Source: Bdellovibrionota bacterium
GTDB taxonomy: Bacteria; Bdellovibrionota_C; UBA2361; OMII01
Direction of reading: 5' to 3'
Assembly: GCA_044356215.1 (NCBI GenBank)
Contig: JBIKWQ010000048.1
Span: 1-26,237 of the forward strand
Length of the DNA stretch: 26,237 nucleotides
Program-made: the position numbers and the translations under genes
Shown here: piece after piece, positions 1-8,662 of the stretch
Numbering within the stretch: position 1 is the first letter of the stretch
Layout: each line of letters starts with the position of its first letter
The notes under the pieces: model-generated
Told to the model about the DNA's origin: nothing
What the model saw: only the letters and a program-made list of their open reading frames with translations
Databases searched by the model: none

Positions 1-2
1 AA

Positions 3-599
3 GAGTTTGGCCGCCATGCAGAGAAGCACATATTTAAGCTTCGTCGCGAGCTAATCTCTGGGACTTACCGACATTCACCATATGAGTCATTTTTCGTCCA
101 CGATCCAAAGAGACGCCACATTAGAAAGGCCTCTGTTCGCGATCGCCTCGTACACCACACACTCCACATGACCCTACGCCAGATCTATGAGCCACGGCTC
201 TACAGCGGCGTCTATTCAAATCGTATCGGCAAGGGCACCCACCTGGCGGTAGATGCGTTGCAGAGCGCAGTTTGGAAGGTGAGCAAGAACCTTAAACGCC
301 CCTGCTGGGCGCTAAAATGCGACATCAAGCGCTTTTATGATTCAGTGGACCACGAGATCCTCAAAGGGACACTGGCCAAAGTGATTCACGACGACAGAGT
401 ACTTCATCTCTTAAGCCACGTTATTGATAGCTTTCACGTAGAAGGTACAGTTGGAAAAGGGGCTCCTATTGGTAACCTCACATCGCAGATATTTACCAAT
501 ATCTACCTTAATAGCTTTGACCAGTACGTAAAACACACGCTCACTAATTGGTGTCCCGGTCTGTTTGGTTCTTCACGTTGTAGCTGTGGCACTAGCTAA
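3..599 (+). pseudogene. Reverse transcriptase of DGR type, entering from the window edge and truncated at about 543 before the YxDD motif
   Basis: The frame is open from position 3 (EFGRHAEKHIFKLRRELISGTYRHSPYESFFVHDPKRRHIRKASVRDRLVHH) into ORF 168..599. Motifs: GKGTHLAV, ALKCDIKRFYDSVDHEIL and GAPIGNLTSQIFTNIYLNSFDQYVKH. RT similarity stops after VKHTL, and no YxDD follows in any forward frame. Confidence 0.85.
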
Positions 600-695
600 G
601 AAAGACCGGCAGTTTCTAGATCATCCCCTCGGAAACTCACCTTAATCCTTACCCGCTCTATTTTGCAACTTGCAACACAACTATAGCCCAATCTC

Positions 696-863
696 TCATA
701 AACCCTCTTGCCACGGTAGCGACCAGATCTTACCGAACTTTCTGGCTGTCTTGCCCATGTGGAACACATAGGCCCCCGCTACTTTGCCTTTAAATTGCTC
801 ATTGAAGAACCCCAGCCCGGTCGCTTGTAGTATCGTTGGGGGCACTCCGAACAGACGATGAAC
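696..863 (-). pseudogene. C-terminal remnant resembling the end of AAA-ATPase/DUF4143 proteins
   Basis: Hand translation of the minus strand gives ...TGLGFFNEQFKGKVAGAYVFHMGKTARKFGKIWSLPWQEGL* (TGA at 696-698). This matches the recalled GLxxF...GxVxxxG...IxxLPW tail pattern. There is no credible start or N-terminal part. Confidence 0.45.
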
Positions 864-2165
864 TCAAGCAGCTCCAGTAAAATCTGCTCGTGCTCCATCA
901 GCCACTCTAAACGCGGAAGCAATCCGATCTTGCTCGTCCTTGCTCAATTTTAGCGCCCTTGCCTCCTTCGGCCAGGCTTGAACCGCTTTAACCACTCTAT
1001 CGATAGTCGTTTTTGCCTGTTTCGGGTTGAGGCGAAAGAAAGACGCGACCTCAAGCGCGAGTTCTAGCGACTGCGTATTGTCAGTATCTGAGATGTTGAG
1101 CAAGAGACCATCACCCAAAGGATTTGGGTTTACATCGTACATAGGAGATAGCGCCCATCCCCTGGGAGTCAGAAGGAAGCCGTGGTTTCTTAGATGGTCA
1201 TCAACGTTGGAAACACATACTGAGAAAACGATCCGCGCCCACAACTCTTGCAGGTCTTTTGCCGGCTGTGCGCCTCCTTGAACTATAAGCTCCGCTAATT
1301 CAAGGTAACTTGCGCCGTCCATTCCGCTATCACCATCTTTTCGTTGAAGTAGGGTCATTGCGGAAGCAAAATGGATCCTCTCTCTACGAGGGGTCCGATC
1401 AAATCGCTGGGTGAGGAATGTATGGTGCTCGGAGGCTAATCTCTTAAGCTGTGCGGTAGCTATATTCAGGCCCGCTTTCCTTCCAAGGGTATTAGCCACA
1501 TACTCCCACGCACCGACGTCGTGCCTGTCGCCTCTACTTGGAAACTTTGCGATCCATAGAGCCCCTTTGGAATCAATAACGCTTGCCTTAGGTCTTGCTC
1601 CCCCGAGGGATGCGCCTGGAGCCATAAGCATCGACAGCCATCGCTTATAGCTGGATTTCGATTCCGCGCCACTCTTTTCAAGTTGTAGGCTTGCGTGCTC
1701 TAGCTCCCCCAGAGATGTCCACGGTGGCGTTGCATACGCGTGGTCGTCATCAAGGAAGGGGCCATGAGAGTCGATCCTAAATCGCAAGCCTCCCATGCGG
1801 TGCCCGTCGTAGACACCAAGTAAGTAGTCAGACTCTAGAAGAGATAATTCCCTCCTAGCATTTTCCCTCGCTCGCTGGGCCTCCCGACGCTCCATCAGAA
1901 CTCGTCCCCACCGATCCGGACTAGAATCAAGAAAGAGATTGAAGTTACCTAAACCTTGCGGCGCGTACTGAACTCCGCCATACAAAGCAAGCGAGGGGTC
2001 TAAGCTTTGCGCGTGAGGAGAACGCAGCCACGCTGCCTCATATTCAAACGAGAATATCTCATGGCCTCTACCCGGCGAGGCATAGAGCGTACCTATTCGT
2101 ATGGGTTGCTTCATCCCCACCCAGTCGGCCCAGACCTCGATCTGTTTCTGCTTTCCTTTAACCAT
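864..2165 (-). CDS. hipA: HipA-family serine/threonine kinase toxin with N-terminal couple-HipA subdomain
   Basis: Motifs SLGGARPKA, WIAKF, NVDDHLRNHGF and SPMYDVNP; N-terminal FSFEY...FLDSSPDRWGR. Confidence 0.93.
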   Translation of the reverse strand: MVKGKQKQIEVWADWVGMKQPIRIGTLYASPGRGHEIFSFEYEAAWLRSPHAQSLDPSLALYGGVQYAPQGLGNFNLFLDSSPDRWGRVLMERREAQRARENARRELSLLESDYLLGVYDGHRMGGLRFRIDSHGPFLDDDHAYATPPWTSLGELEHASLQLEKSGAESKSSYKRWLSMLMAPGASLGGARPKASVIDSKGALWIAKFPSRGDRHDVGAWEYVANTLGRKAGLNIATAQLKRLASEHHTFLTQRFDRTPRRERIHFASAMTLLQRKDGDSGMDGASYLELAELIVQGGAQPAKDLQELWARIVFSVCVSNVDDHLRNHGFLLTPRGWALSPMYDVNPNPLGDGLLLNISDTDNTQSLELALEVASFFRLNPKQAKTTIDRVVKAVQAWPKEARALKLSKDEQDRIASAFRVADGARADFTGAA

Positions 2166-2171
2166 CTACAG

Positions 2172-2492
2172 TTACTTTCGCTTAGTTTTCGGCGCCCGCG
2201 CTCTAGTCACAAGCTCAGAGTCTTGCAACTTTCGCCCTAAGACATCATCCCTTCCCAATAACGCCAGGTCATCCTGAAGCCCTAAGACGGCTAAGACATT
2301 TGCATACGCTCCCATCGTCACACTTCCATCACCACGCTCTATCGAGCGAAGAGTCGGAAGGGAGATATCTGCGCGTTCGGCTACGAGCTGGCTTGAGAAG
2401 CGGCGCCGCAACCTAGCAAGCTTAAGGTTATCTCCTATTTCTCGCAGGTGACGCTGTGTTGAGGGAAGAATGACGGGGGTGCGTTTTGGCAT
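2172..2492 (-). CDS. XRE-family HTH antitoxin (HipB-like)
   Basis: HTH segment IGDNLKLARLRRRFSSQLVAERADISLPTLRSIERG; ends 6 nt upstream of hipA. Confidence 0.9.
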   Translation of the reverse strand: MPKRTPVILPSTQRHLREIGDNLKLARLRRRFSSQLVAERADISLPTLRSIERGDGSVTMGAYANVLAVLGLQDDLALLGRDDVLGRKLQDSELVTRARAPKTKRK

Positions 2493-2783
2493 AATAAATG
2501 ATTTATATACTATTAAGACCCACTTTCGGAAGTTTTATTTTCACTTATTTATTAAATCATGTCCGGCATGACCAAGCTAAATCCAAGGCTATTATCTATA
2601 CCTCTCTCGACCTCTCTCGTCTCAACTACTACTTATGGGTAATAGTGAGCCCATTCCCTCTCCAGAAAAAATTTATCTCAACCCTTCAGTCGCCCGCTGA
2701 CATCTTAATACTAGGCGGCTCATTATTTATAGAACCACTGGATCTAACACGTTGATATCGCATTTATTTTAGGACTCTCTCTC

Positions 2784-4274
2784 ATGCGCGGCAAACCTGC
2801 AGTTGTCATGTTCTTTAACGATTGGGAGGTCCATCCCAGCGGGATAAATGCGGGGGGTGGCGAGAGCGCTACAATGGCTCTCGCTAGGGCGATCGCTAGT
2901 CTTGGCTACCGGGTTATAGCGTGCGCTAACCTTCCTGAAGGGGAGTGTTCGCACAGAGGGATTGAGTTCTGGAATTTCGGTTCAGATTACAGCTTGCACT
3001 CAATAGCTGACCGATTAAAAGAGCTCCCGGCATTTCACTGTTTGGCGGCTACTCTGGCGCATCCGTTCTTTCATTTACGAGAGCATTCAAATTGCTTATC
3101 GCGGATACTTATAAATCACTCTCCATCGCCAATGGCGAGCGGAGTAGAACCAAATACCGTAATGCATGTTATTGATTACATGCTATGTGTGTCGCACATG
3201 CAACGCTCGGTAGTTTTATCGCGTAAGACCGATCCAGAGAAAATTAAGGTCGTTCGTAACGGATTTGACCCAGAGATCTTTACATACGCTGGTCCTGATG
3301 GTCGTGACTGGAATCAACTTGTATTTATCGGTCGAGTGGAGGCTCCAAAGGGAATCCATGTACTGCTGCAGGTTTTTGGCGAGTTAAAGGGGGAATTTCC
3401 TGATCTGAAATTGTCAGTCTTTGGTGATGAGTCGTATTGGCCGGAGTTTACCTCGCATAAGCGTGAGTTAACTGAAAAGCTTCCAGGACTTCGCTTTCAC
3501 GGTAAAGTTCCTCAAGTGGCGTTAGCTGAGCATCTGCGTAAGGCCGGACTCCTTGTGTTCCCATCGCAGAGTTTTGAAACGGCGGGATTAGCTGTGGTCG
3601 ATGCTCAGGCAAGCGGTTGTCCCGTTGTAGCCAACGGCGTCGGCGGGGTGCCTGAATATGTTGTTGAGAAGGAGTTAGGAGAAGTTGTATACGATCGCAC
3701 TCCTAAAGGCTTAAGAGAGGCGATAGCTAACTTGCTCCGCGATAGGCCGCGCTTAATCAAGATGTCACAAGCGGCGGAGACCCTTGGTCGAGAGAGGCCG
3801 TGGAAGGTTGTGGCTGATGAGGTCATGTCATGGGCCGAGAGAGCCGCTGATACACGTCTAGGTATGCCGTGGGAGTCATTGCCAGATAGTATCTTACGCA
3901 TAAAACAGCCGCACTTTGTACCTCCCGCCGATGTTCTGCACGCACACGATATGGTGACTCAAACCCACGAGTTCCCTGAGGTCGATCTTAATAAAGCTTT
4001 ACAAGTAGCGAGTTGGGACGCGTGGCCATATCTGGTTTCTGGATTTAGGCTTGAGAGTAAAGGGGAGCTGGACCAGGCTCTTGAGGCGTATCGGCATGCC
4101 GCGGATAGAACTACAAGTTATGACTGGCAACCGTTTTTTAGATTAGCGCTTTTGCACGCTGAGAAAAACGAGATCCCGCTAGCGCGAGTTTACGCTGAAA
4201 AAGTCATTGAACGTGAGCCACAGTTCCCGCTTCGCGCCGACCTGGAGAAGTTGATATCACTTGCTGGGGTTTAA
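2784..4274 (+). CDS. Glycosyltransferase family 4 (GT-B) with C-terminal TPR-like region
   Basis: Motifs GGGESA, VVRNGFD, FIGRVEAPKGI and FPSQSFETAGLAVVDAQASGCPVV; C-terminal helical repeats (ALEAYRHA, FFRLALLHAE...AEKVIEREP). Confidence 0.9.
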   Translation: MRGKPAVVMFFNDWEVHPSGINAGGGESATMALARAIASLGYRVIACANLPEGECSHRGIEFWNFGSDYSLHSIADRLKELPAFHCLAATLAHPFFHLREHSNCLSRILINHSPSPMASGVEPNTVMHVIDYMLCVSHMQRSVVLSRKTDPEKIKVVRNGFDPEIFTYAGPDGRDWNQLVFIGRVEAPKGIHVLLQVFGELKGEFPDLKLSVFGDESYWPEFTSHKRELTEKLPGLRFHGKVPQVALAEHLRKAGLLVFPSQSFETAGLAVVDAQASGCPVVANGVGGVPEYVVEKELGEVVYDRTPKGLREAIANLLRDRPRLIKMSQAAETLGRERPWKVVADEVMSWAERAADTRLGMPWESLPDSILRIKQPHFVPPADVLHAHDMVTQTHEFPEVDLNKALQVASWDAWPYLVSGFRLESKGELDQALEAYRHAADRTTSYDWQPFFRLALLHAEKNEIPLARVYAEKVIEREPQFPLRADLEKLISLAGV

Positions 4275-4277
4275 TCT

Positions 4278-5348
4278 ATGTTTAAACTAACAGCGATCGT
4301 ATCTCTGTATAACTCGATCGAGTTTGTTGAAGAATGTCTGCAAGACCTTGTCGACCAGAGCATCTTTAAGCGTGATCAGCTTGAGGTTCTAGTAATTGAT
4401 AGCAACTCTCCGCAGGATGAGAGGGGTGTAGTCGAGCAGTATGCCCGACGGTATCCTGGAAGGATCGTCTATCACCGAACTGATGAACGTGAGACCCTCT
4501 ATCAGGCGTGGAATAGGGCTCTTGGAATGGCTAAGGGGGAATATTTAACAAACGCGAACTCTGATGATCGTCATCACCCTGAGGCCCTAGAGATAATGTG
4601 TATGGCCTTAGACAAGCACCGCGATGTTGACCTTGTTTATGGTGATGTATTTGAGAGCACAGTAGCGAATCAGACTTTTTTCGAGAATCCGAAGCTTTCG
4701 CGTTATAAGTATCATACGTTCTTCGCCCCTAACTCCCTTCTTTTTTATCAGTTCGGTTGTCAGCCGGTGTGGAGATCCTCTTTGCACTCAAGGATCGGTG
4801 GCTTTAGTACAGAGTTAAAAGCTGCAGGGGATTGGGAGTTCTGCATCCGTTTCGCTCTAGCTGGGCTAAGAGCGCTGCATATTCCGGTGCCGCTAGGATC
4901 ATTTTTAAATCGACCGACATCGATCTCAAGTCAGGACTCAACGTCAAGTCGTGAGCAGATGCTACTTCGTGATACGTATCTATCTCTTGATAATATAATC
5001 CTGCTTTACTTCAAAGAGGGATGGAAGATCGATACTCCTCAGGCCAAGGCCAAGATACTGACCGATTTCGCGATAAGAGCAGCAAGTATGGCGCTGCCGT
5101 GGACCCCTGGAAAGACCTATCAAGAACCAAGCGCGACGCTAATGAGCTGCCTTGGGGCGTATGAGCTAATGAAAGATGATCCGCGAGCAGCTTGGAATTT
5201 AGGTGTGGCGTTGCATCGTACGGAGCATAAGCAGGAGGCCACGAGGTTTTTGGAGCTTGGAGGTGAGCTAGGAGATCTGAGAATCGCGGAGAGCTTAAGC
5301 GCTGTTAGGCGTGGTGAGGTGGTTAGTTTGCCGATGGTGCAGATTTAA
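4278..5348 (+). CDS. Glycosyltransferase family 2 (GT-A) with C-terminal TPR-like helices
   Basis: Motifs IVSLYNS, VIDSNS, AWNRAL, NANSDDR (DxD-like) and GDWEFCIR; tail AAWNLGVALH. Starts 3 nt after the GT4 stop. Confidence 0.9.
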   Translation: MFKLTAIVSLYNSIEFVEECLQDLVDQSIFKRDQLEVLVIDSNSPQDERGVVEQYARRYPGRIVYHRTDERETLYQAWNRALGMAKGEYLTNANSDDRHHPEALEIMCMALDKHRDVDLVYGDVFESTVANQTFFENPKLSRYKYHTFFAPNSLLFYQFGCQPVWRSSLHSRIGGFSTELKAAGDWEFCIRFALAGLRALHIPVPLGSFLNRPTSISSQDSTSSREQMLLRDTYLSLDNIILLYFKEGWKIDTPQAKAKILTDFAIRAASMALPWTPGKTYQEPSATLMSCLGAYELMKDDPRAAWNLGVALHRTEHKQEATRFLELGGELGDLRIAESLSAVRRGEVVSLPMVQI

Positions 5349-5409
5349 TGCTGAGGCTTCCGGTGTCGGGGTAGTAAAGATGACGATTACCCACGTCCTG
5401 TGAGATAAG

Positions 5410-5702
5410 GCTTCACAAAGAGACCAGTGATAACAGCGAGGGGAGGGTATAAGCTGCGCCGTCAGTATCTCCCCTCTGTCCGTTCTCGCTAGCCTACTGT
5501 TTAAATGCAAACTTCGGCGGATCCTCTTTGTACAACGAGGGCGGCGAGGGAAAAAAGTGAGCATGAGATGTGCTGTTAATGTCCTCTCTCTGTCCGTCCT
5601 CGCCGCTCTCATTGTTTAAATAAAAAACCGCGGCGGCTCTCTTTTTATACAAAGAGAACGGCGAGGAAAAAGAGGGGGAAGGAATGAAAGATGTGCAGTC
5701 AG
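5410..5702. repeat. Degenerate tandem repeat of ~115-nt palindromic units (about 2.5 copies)
   Basis: CTCTGTCCGT at 5474 and 5588; TGTTTAAAT at 5498 and 5613; ACAAxGAG at 5415, 5532 and 5649. The second unit has inverted arms CCTCGCCG...CGGCGAGG. Confidence 0.7.
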
Positions 5703-5803
5703 GCCTGCCAGGAGCGAGCAAAGTCTAGCGTAATCTAAGTTCGCCTCGTCTCTATGGGATCGCAGTGCTTTTGGTAAGCTACTGGGATAATCCGTGAAAT
5801 GTC

Positions 5804-5897
5804 TTTGCCACAGATGACGCAGAGGACACAGAGAAATTTCCATAATTGCCGCTAAAATGGCCTATTCTCTGCGTCTTATGCGCCCTCTGCGGTGAAA
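5804..5897. repeat. Imperfect inverted repeat (REP/REPIN-like palindrome)
   Basis: Left arm TTTGCCACAGATGACGCAGAGGACACAGAGAA (5804-5835) pairs imperfectly with right arm TTCTCTGCGTCTTATGCGCCCTCTGCGGTGAAA (5865-5897). Confidence 0.7.
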
Positions 5898-5922
5898 AGA
5901 TCCGCGGCGCCCTACTTAAATC

Positions 5923-5951
5923 TTGCTGATTATACATCTATACTGTATAGT
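5923..5951 (+). promoter_or_regulatory. Sigma70-type promoter of higBA overlapped by a palindromic operator
   Basis: TTGCTG (5923-5928), N17, TATAGT (5946-5951). Palindrome CTATAC-T-GTATAG at 5938-5950. The ATG lies 7 nt after the -10 box. Confidence 0.7.
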
Positions 5952-5958
5952 AATAATT

Positions 5959-6255
5959 ATGGCGATCAAATCATTCAAAGATAAGGCATCCGAGGAGATC
6001 GCGCATGGGAAACGAAGCAAACGTACCCTAAAGTTGTTGCCTGCTGAACTTCACTTCAGTGCGTATAAAAAACTAGTTTACCTGGATAGTGTAAAGACAT
6101 TGGAGAGCTTGCGTGCATGGCCGGGGCTAAAGTTAGAGAATCTTAAGGGTGATCGCAAAGGGCAGATGAGTATTCGAATTAACGATCAGTATCGAATCTG
6201 CTTCCGCTTCAAAGAGGGCCAAGTATTTGACGTTGAGATTATCGACTATCACTAA
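5959..6255 (+). CDS. higB: HigB toxin (RelE/ParE superfamily)
   Basis: MAIKSFKDK...LENLKGDRKGQMSIRINDQYRICFRF...VEIIDYH is the classic HigB pattern. Start moved to the ATG at 5959. Confidence 0.93.
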   Translation: MAIKSFKDKASEEIAHGKRSKRTLKLLPAELHFSAYKKLVYLDSVKTLESLRAWPGLKLENLKGDRKGQMSIRINDQYRICFRFKEGQVFDVEIIDYH

Positions 6256-6267
6256 GTAGGAGAAGCT

Positions 6268-6534
6268 ATGCTGCCAAATACAATACATCCTGGTGAGTTT
6301 CTTCAAGAGATCCTCTCTGATAGAGGTATTTCGCAAACTCAACTCGCTAAGCACATCGGCGTAGAAGCCGGAGTCATTAATCTAATCTGCAAGGGCAAAA
6401 GGGGGATCTCAGCAGTTATGGCCAAGAAGATCGCGCGAGCATTGGGAACTGATGCCGAGCTGTGGGTTAATTTGCAATCCTCATACGATTTAACGGCGGC
6501 AGAAGATCCAGATTTTGGGAAACTGCGAGCTTAA
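6268..6534 (+). CDS. higA: HigA antitoxin (HTH)
   Basis: IHPGEFLQE...ISQTQLAKHIG...LWVNLQSSYDL; toxin-first gene order; RBS AGGAG. Confidence 0.93.
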   Translation: MLPNTIHPGEFLQEILSDRGISQTQLAKHIGVEAGVINLICKGKRGISAVMAKKIARALGTDAELWVNLQSSYDLTAAEDPDFGKLRA

Positions 6535-7577
6535 TCCCCCGGCTCCTGCTGCGTAGAACAATGCAGCGATCCTCCTCCTAAGATCCAGTCTCCGCAGTGG
6601 ATCCCAACTACCTTATGTTTCGGCAGTAGCTCAGCTAATTTATTTAGAACCAGACGATCTTTAGGGTCGTTATATGTCGGCACCAGTAAGGTATCATTAG
6701 CAAAATAAAAGTTTAGGTACCCAGCTGGGAATCTCATCCCATCGCAATAGCGTGGCTCTGGGAAAGGGAGCTCTATTACCTCTAATGACTCACCTGATGG
6801 AGTTCGATACGCGCGTAGCGCCTCGATGTTGGCTTGTGTCTTCTCGTACTGCTCTGAGTCAGATCTGTCTGCTGACGCGACCACTACTGAGCGGGGACTT
6901 ATAAATCGCGCTACGTTATCGATGTGCCCGTGTGTATCATCTCCAGCCACCCCATACGGGAGCCAGATAGTGTTCGGAGCGCCAAGTTTCTCGGCGAAGA
7001 TCTGCGCGTAATCGCCCTTTGTAAATCCGGCGTTGCGTTGCTGCTCTTCAGATAGAAGGCACTGCTCGGTCACAAGGATTAGACCATCACCGCTAACATC
7101 TAGCATGCCGCCCTCTAATACGGGTTGCCCTTGCCTTGATACAACAACTTCTAATTCGCGTGAGGATGCCGCCGCGATGTACGCAGGTACCTTTTGGTCT
7201 AGCTCAACTTCAGGAAGGGCTCCCCAGCCGGTAAACAGGAAAGAGAGCCATGAAGATCCGCGGCTGTTTTCTCTCTTTACACCGATAGGTCCGGAGTCGC
7301 GCAGCCAAGAGCGATTGTATGGTGTTTTGTGAAAGTGGATATCGCCCTTAATCTCCTGACGGCTAAGGCGTGTTCTGGCGTCTTGCTCTAGCTCATCATT
7401 AAGGCATAAAAGATTGACTCTCTCTACGCGAGACACGTGACGGATAAATTCGCAGTACGCCCATCTGACAGCATCAATTTTGCCAGGGAAATCAGACTCC
7501 ATATAGGGCCAGGCGATCCAGGTGCCTTTGTGCGGCTCCCACTCGGCTGGCATGCGATATGAAATTTTTGAGTTCAT
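6531..7577 (-). CDS. aguA: Agmatine deiminase / peptidyl-arginine deiminase family protein
   Basis: Motifs RMPAEWEPH, WLRDSGP, LEGG, DDTHGHIDN and GGGSLHCSTQQEP (catalytic Cys). Start at MNSK, with AGAGG upstream. Confidence 0.9.
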   Translation of the reverse strand: MNSKISYRMPAEWEPHKGTWIAWPYMESDFPGKIDAVRWAYCEFIRHVSRVERVNLLCLNDELEQDARTRLSRQEIKGDIHFHKTPYNRSWLRDSGPIGVKRENSRGSSWLSFLFTGWGALPEVELDQKVPAYIAAASSRELEVVVSRQGQPVLEGGMLDVSGDGLILVTEQCLLSEEQQRNAGFTKGDYAQIFAEKLGAPNTIWLPYGVAGDDTHGHIDNVARFISPRSVVVASADRSDSEQYEKTQANIEALRAYRTPSGESLEVIELPFPEPRYCDGMRFPAGYLNFYFANDTLLVPTYNDPKDRLVLNKLAELLPKHKVVGIHCGDWILGGGSLHCSTQQEPGD

Positions 7578-7590
7578 GTTGGCCTCTTGA

Positions 7591-8637
7591 TTATTTTTCA
7601 ATCGGATTCCAAGGGCGCTGTGCATCAATGCCCAGCCTGGTGGCGAATTTATCATTGATCAGCGCCGCTGTTGGCAGCATCTTATCTTCTTCAAGCCACA
7701 GATAGATCTTCTCGGCTGCCATGCGGTGAGCTATCTCGTTTGGATGTCGATCGACACCTGGTATTACTTGCAGCCTCTCTAGTGGTATCCCCTGATATAT
7801 CGGTGATAGATCGAGAGCCGGCACCTCTAGCTCTCGCATTAATTTAAGAACTTTCTCGTGGATGGGATTAAAAGGATAGTTTTGATCCATCGGTAGTCCG
7901 AAGAGGGGGAAAACAACCGCCGCTATTGGACGACCCGCTCCCTTCGCGGTGCTGACCAGAGAACGCATCGATTCTACAAAAGGATTCCATGTCCTAGGAT
8001 TTTCAAATAAGTCTAAAAAATAATTGGAGTACGCCTGATGAGTCTGTGTATTGTGAAAACGGGTCAATACGAAGTGATATGTTTTCCAGTAAGATGCGAG
8101 CCATTTGCTGAAGCCGGATAGAACCAAGGGCCCGAATCGATCATCCATGTTTTCGCGGATCCCTTGAGGGGTGTGTCGTTTAATCTCCGGATCGTTAAGT
8201 GTAATCTGAAGAAGAACGAGGTCAGCGCCTTCATCGATCGCTTTTTTAGTGGCTGCGACCTCGTGTGAGGTCGAATAGGCTGGGACTCCGTAGTTGATAA
8301 CCTGATTTATCCTCGTTCCGTCTTTTAGGTTTAGCATCGATTCGAGCTTCTTTACGTAGGTGTCCGTGAACTGCATATAAGGAGCGAAGGTAAATGAATC
8401 GCCGATGGCGGCGATCCTGAAGGTTCCTAGCGGCTTTGGAACTGGGTAAGGATAATCCTGCATGCTCGGCATATCAGGCGAGCGAAAGTAGAATAGGGGC
8501 CTGTCGTCCCATCCTGGGCTTGATTTGGTTTTGGTTAAGCCTAGTAGCCGGACCGCAGCCTCCAGAGCTAAAAGGGCTGCCGCAGTTCCGATTAATGTAA
8601 CAATCAAAGATATGGCGATGTTTTTCAGTGTGCTCAT
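7591..8637 (-). CDS. SGNH/GDSL hydrolase with N-terminal membrane anchor
   Basis: Blocks IGDSFT, NYGVPAY, TLND and DRHPN; hydrophobic N-terminus. Start at MSTLK after AGGAG. Confidence 0.85.
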   Translation of the reverse strand: MSTLKNIAISLIVTLIGTAAALLALEAAVRLLGLTKTKSSPGWDDRPLFYFRSPDMPSMQDYPYPVPKPLGTFRIAAIGDSFTFAPYMQFTDTYVKKLESMLNLKDGTRINQVINYGVPAYSTSHEVAATKKAIDEGADLVLLQITLNDPEIKRHTPQGIRENMDDRFGPLVLSGFSKWLASYWKTYHFVLTRFHNTQTHQAYSNYFLDLFENPRTWNPFVESMRSLVSTAKGAGRPIAAVVFPLFGLPMDQNYPFNPIHEKVLKLMRELEVPALDLSPIYQGIPLERLQVIPGVDRHPNEIAHRMAAEKIYLWLEEDKMLPTAALINDKFATRLGIDAQRPWNPIEK

Positions 8638-8662
8638 AAAGATATTCGTTTCCGCTCCTACT

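Noticed and set aside
543..660. Frameshifted continuation of the RT
   Set aside because: Neither alternative forward frame contains YxDD or RT-like sequence, and one stops immediately.
805..845. Possible integron attC site after hipA (minus strand CCCAAC-GATAC-TACAAGCGAC)
   Set aside because: Only a left-half resemblance. There is no complementary GTTRRRY end and no integrase or second attC.
559..856. GTCTGTTTGG / CCGAACAGAC as terminal inverted repeats of an insertion in the RT
   Set aside because: Only 9 of 10 matches, no target duplication, and it does not coincide with the RT breakpoint. Likely chance.
2498..2755. 85-aa ORF between the antitoxin and GT4
   Set aside because: AT-rich divergent promoter region starting 5 nt from the antitoxin start, with no RBS and no recognisable motif.
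5410..5702. Possible DGR template/variable repeat pair for the RT
   Set aside because: Differences between copies include many C/T changes and indels rather than adenine-specific substitutions, and neither copy is in a credible gene 3' end.
5295..5843. Three short minus-strand ORFs in the repeat region
   Set aside because: They are translations of the palindromic repeats, with no recognisable domain or RBS.
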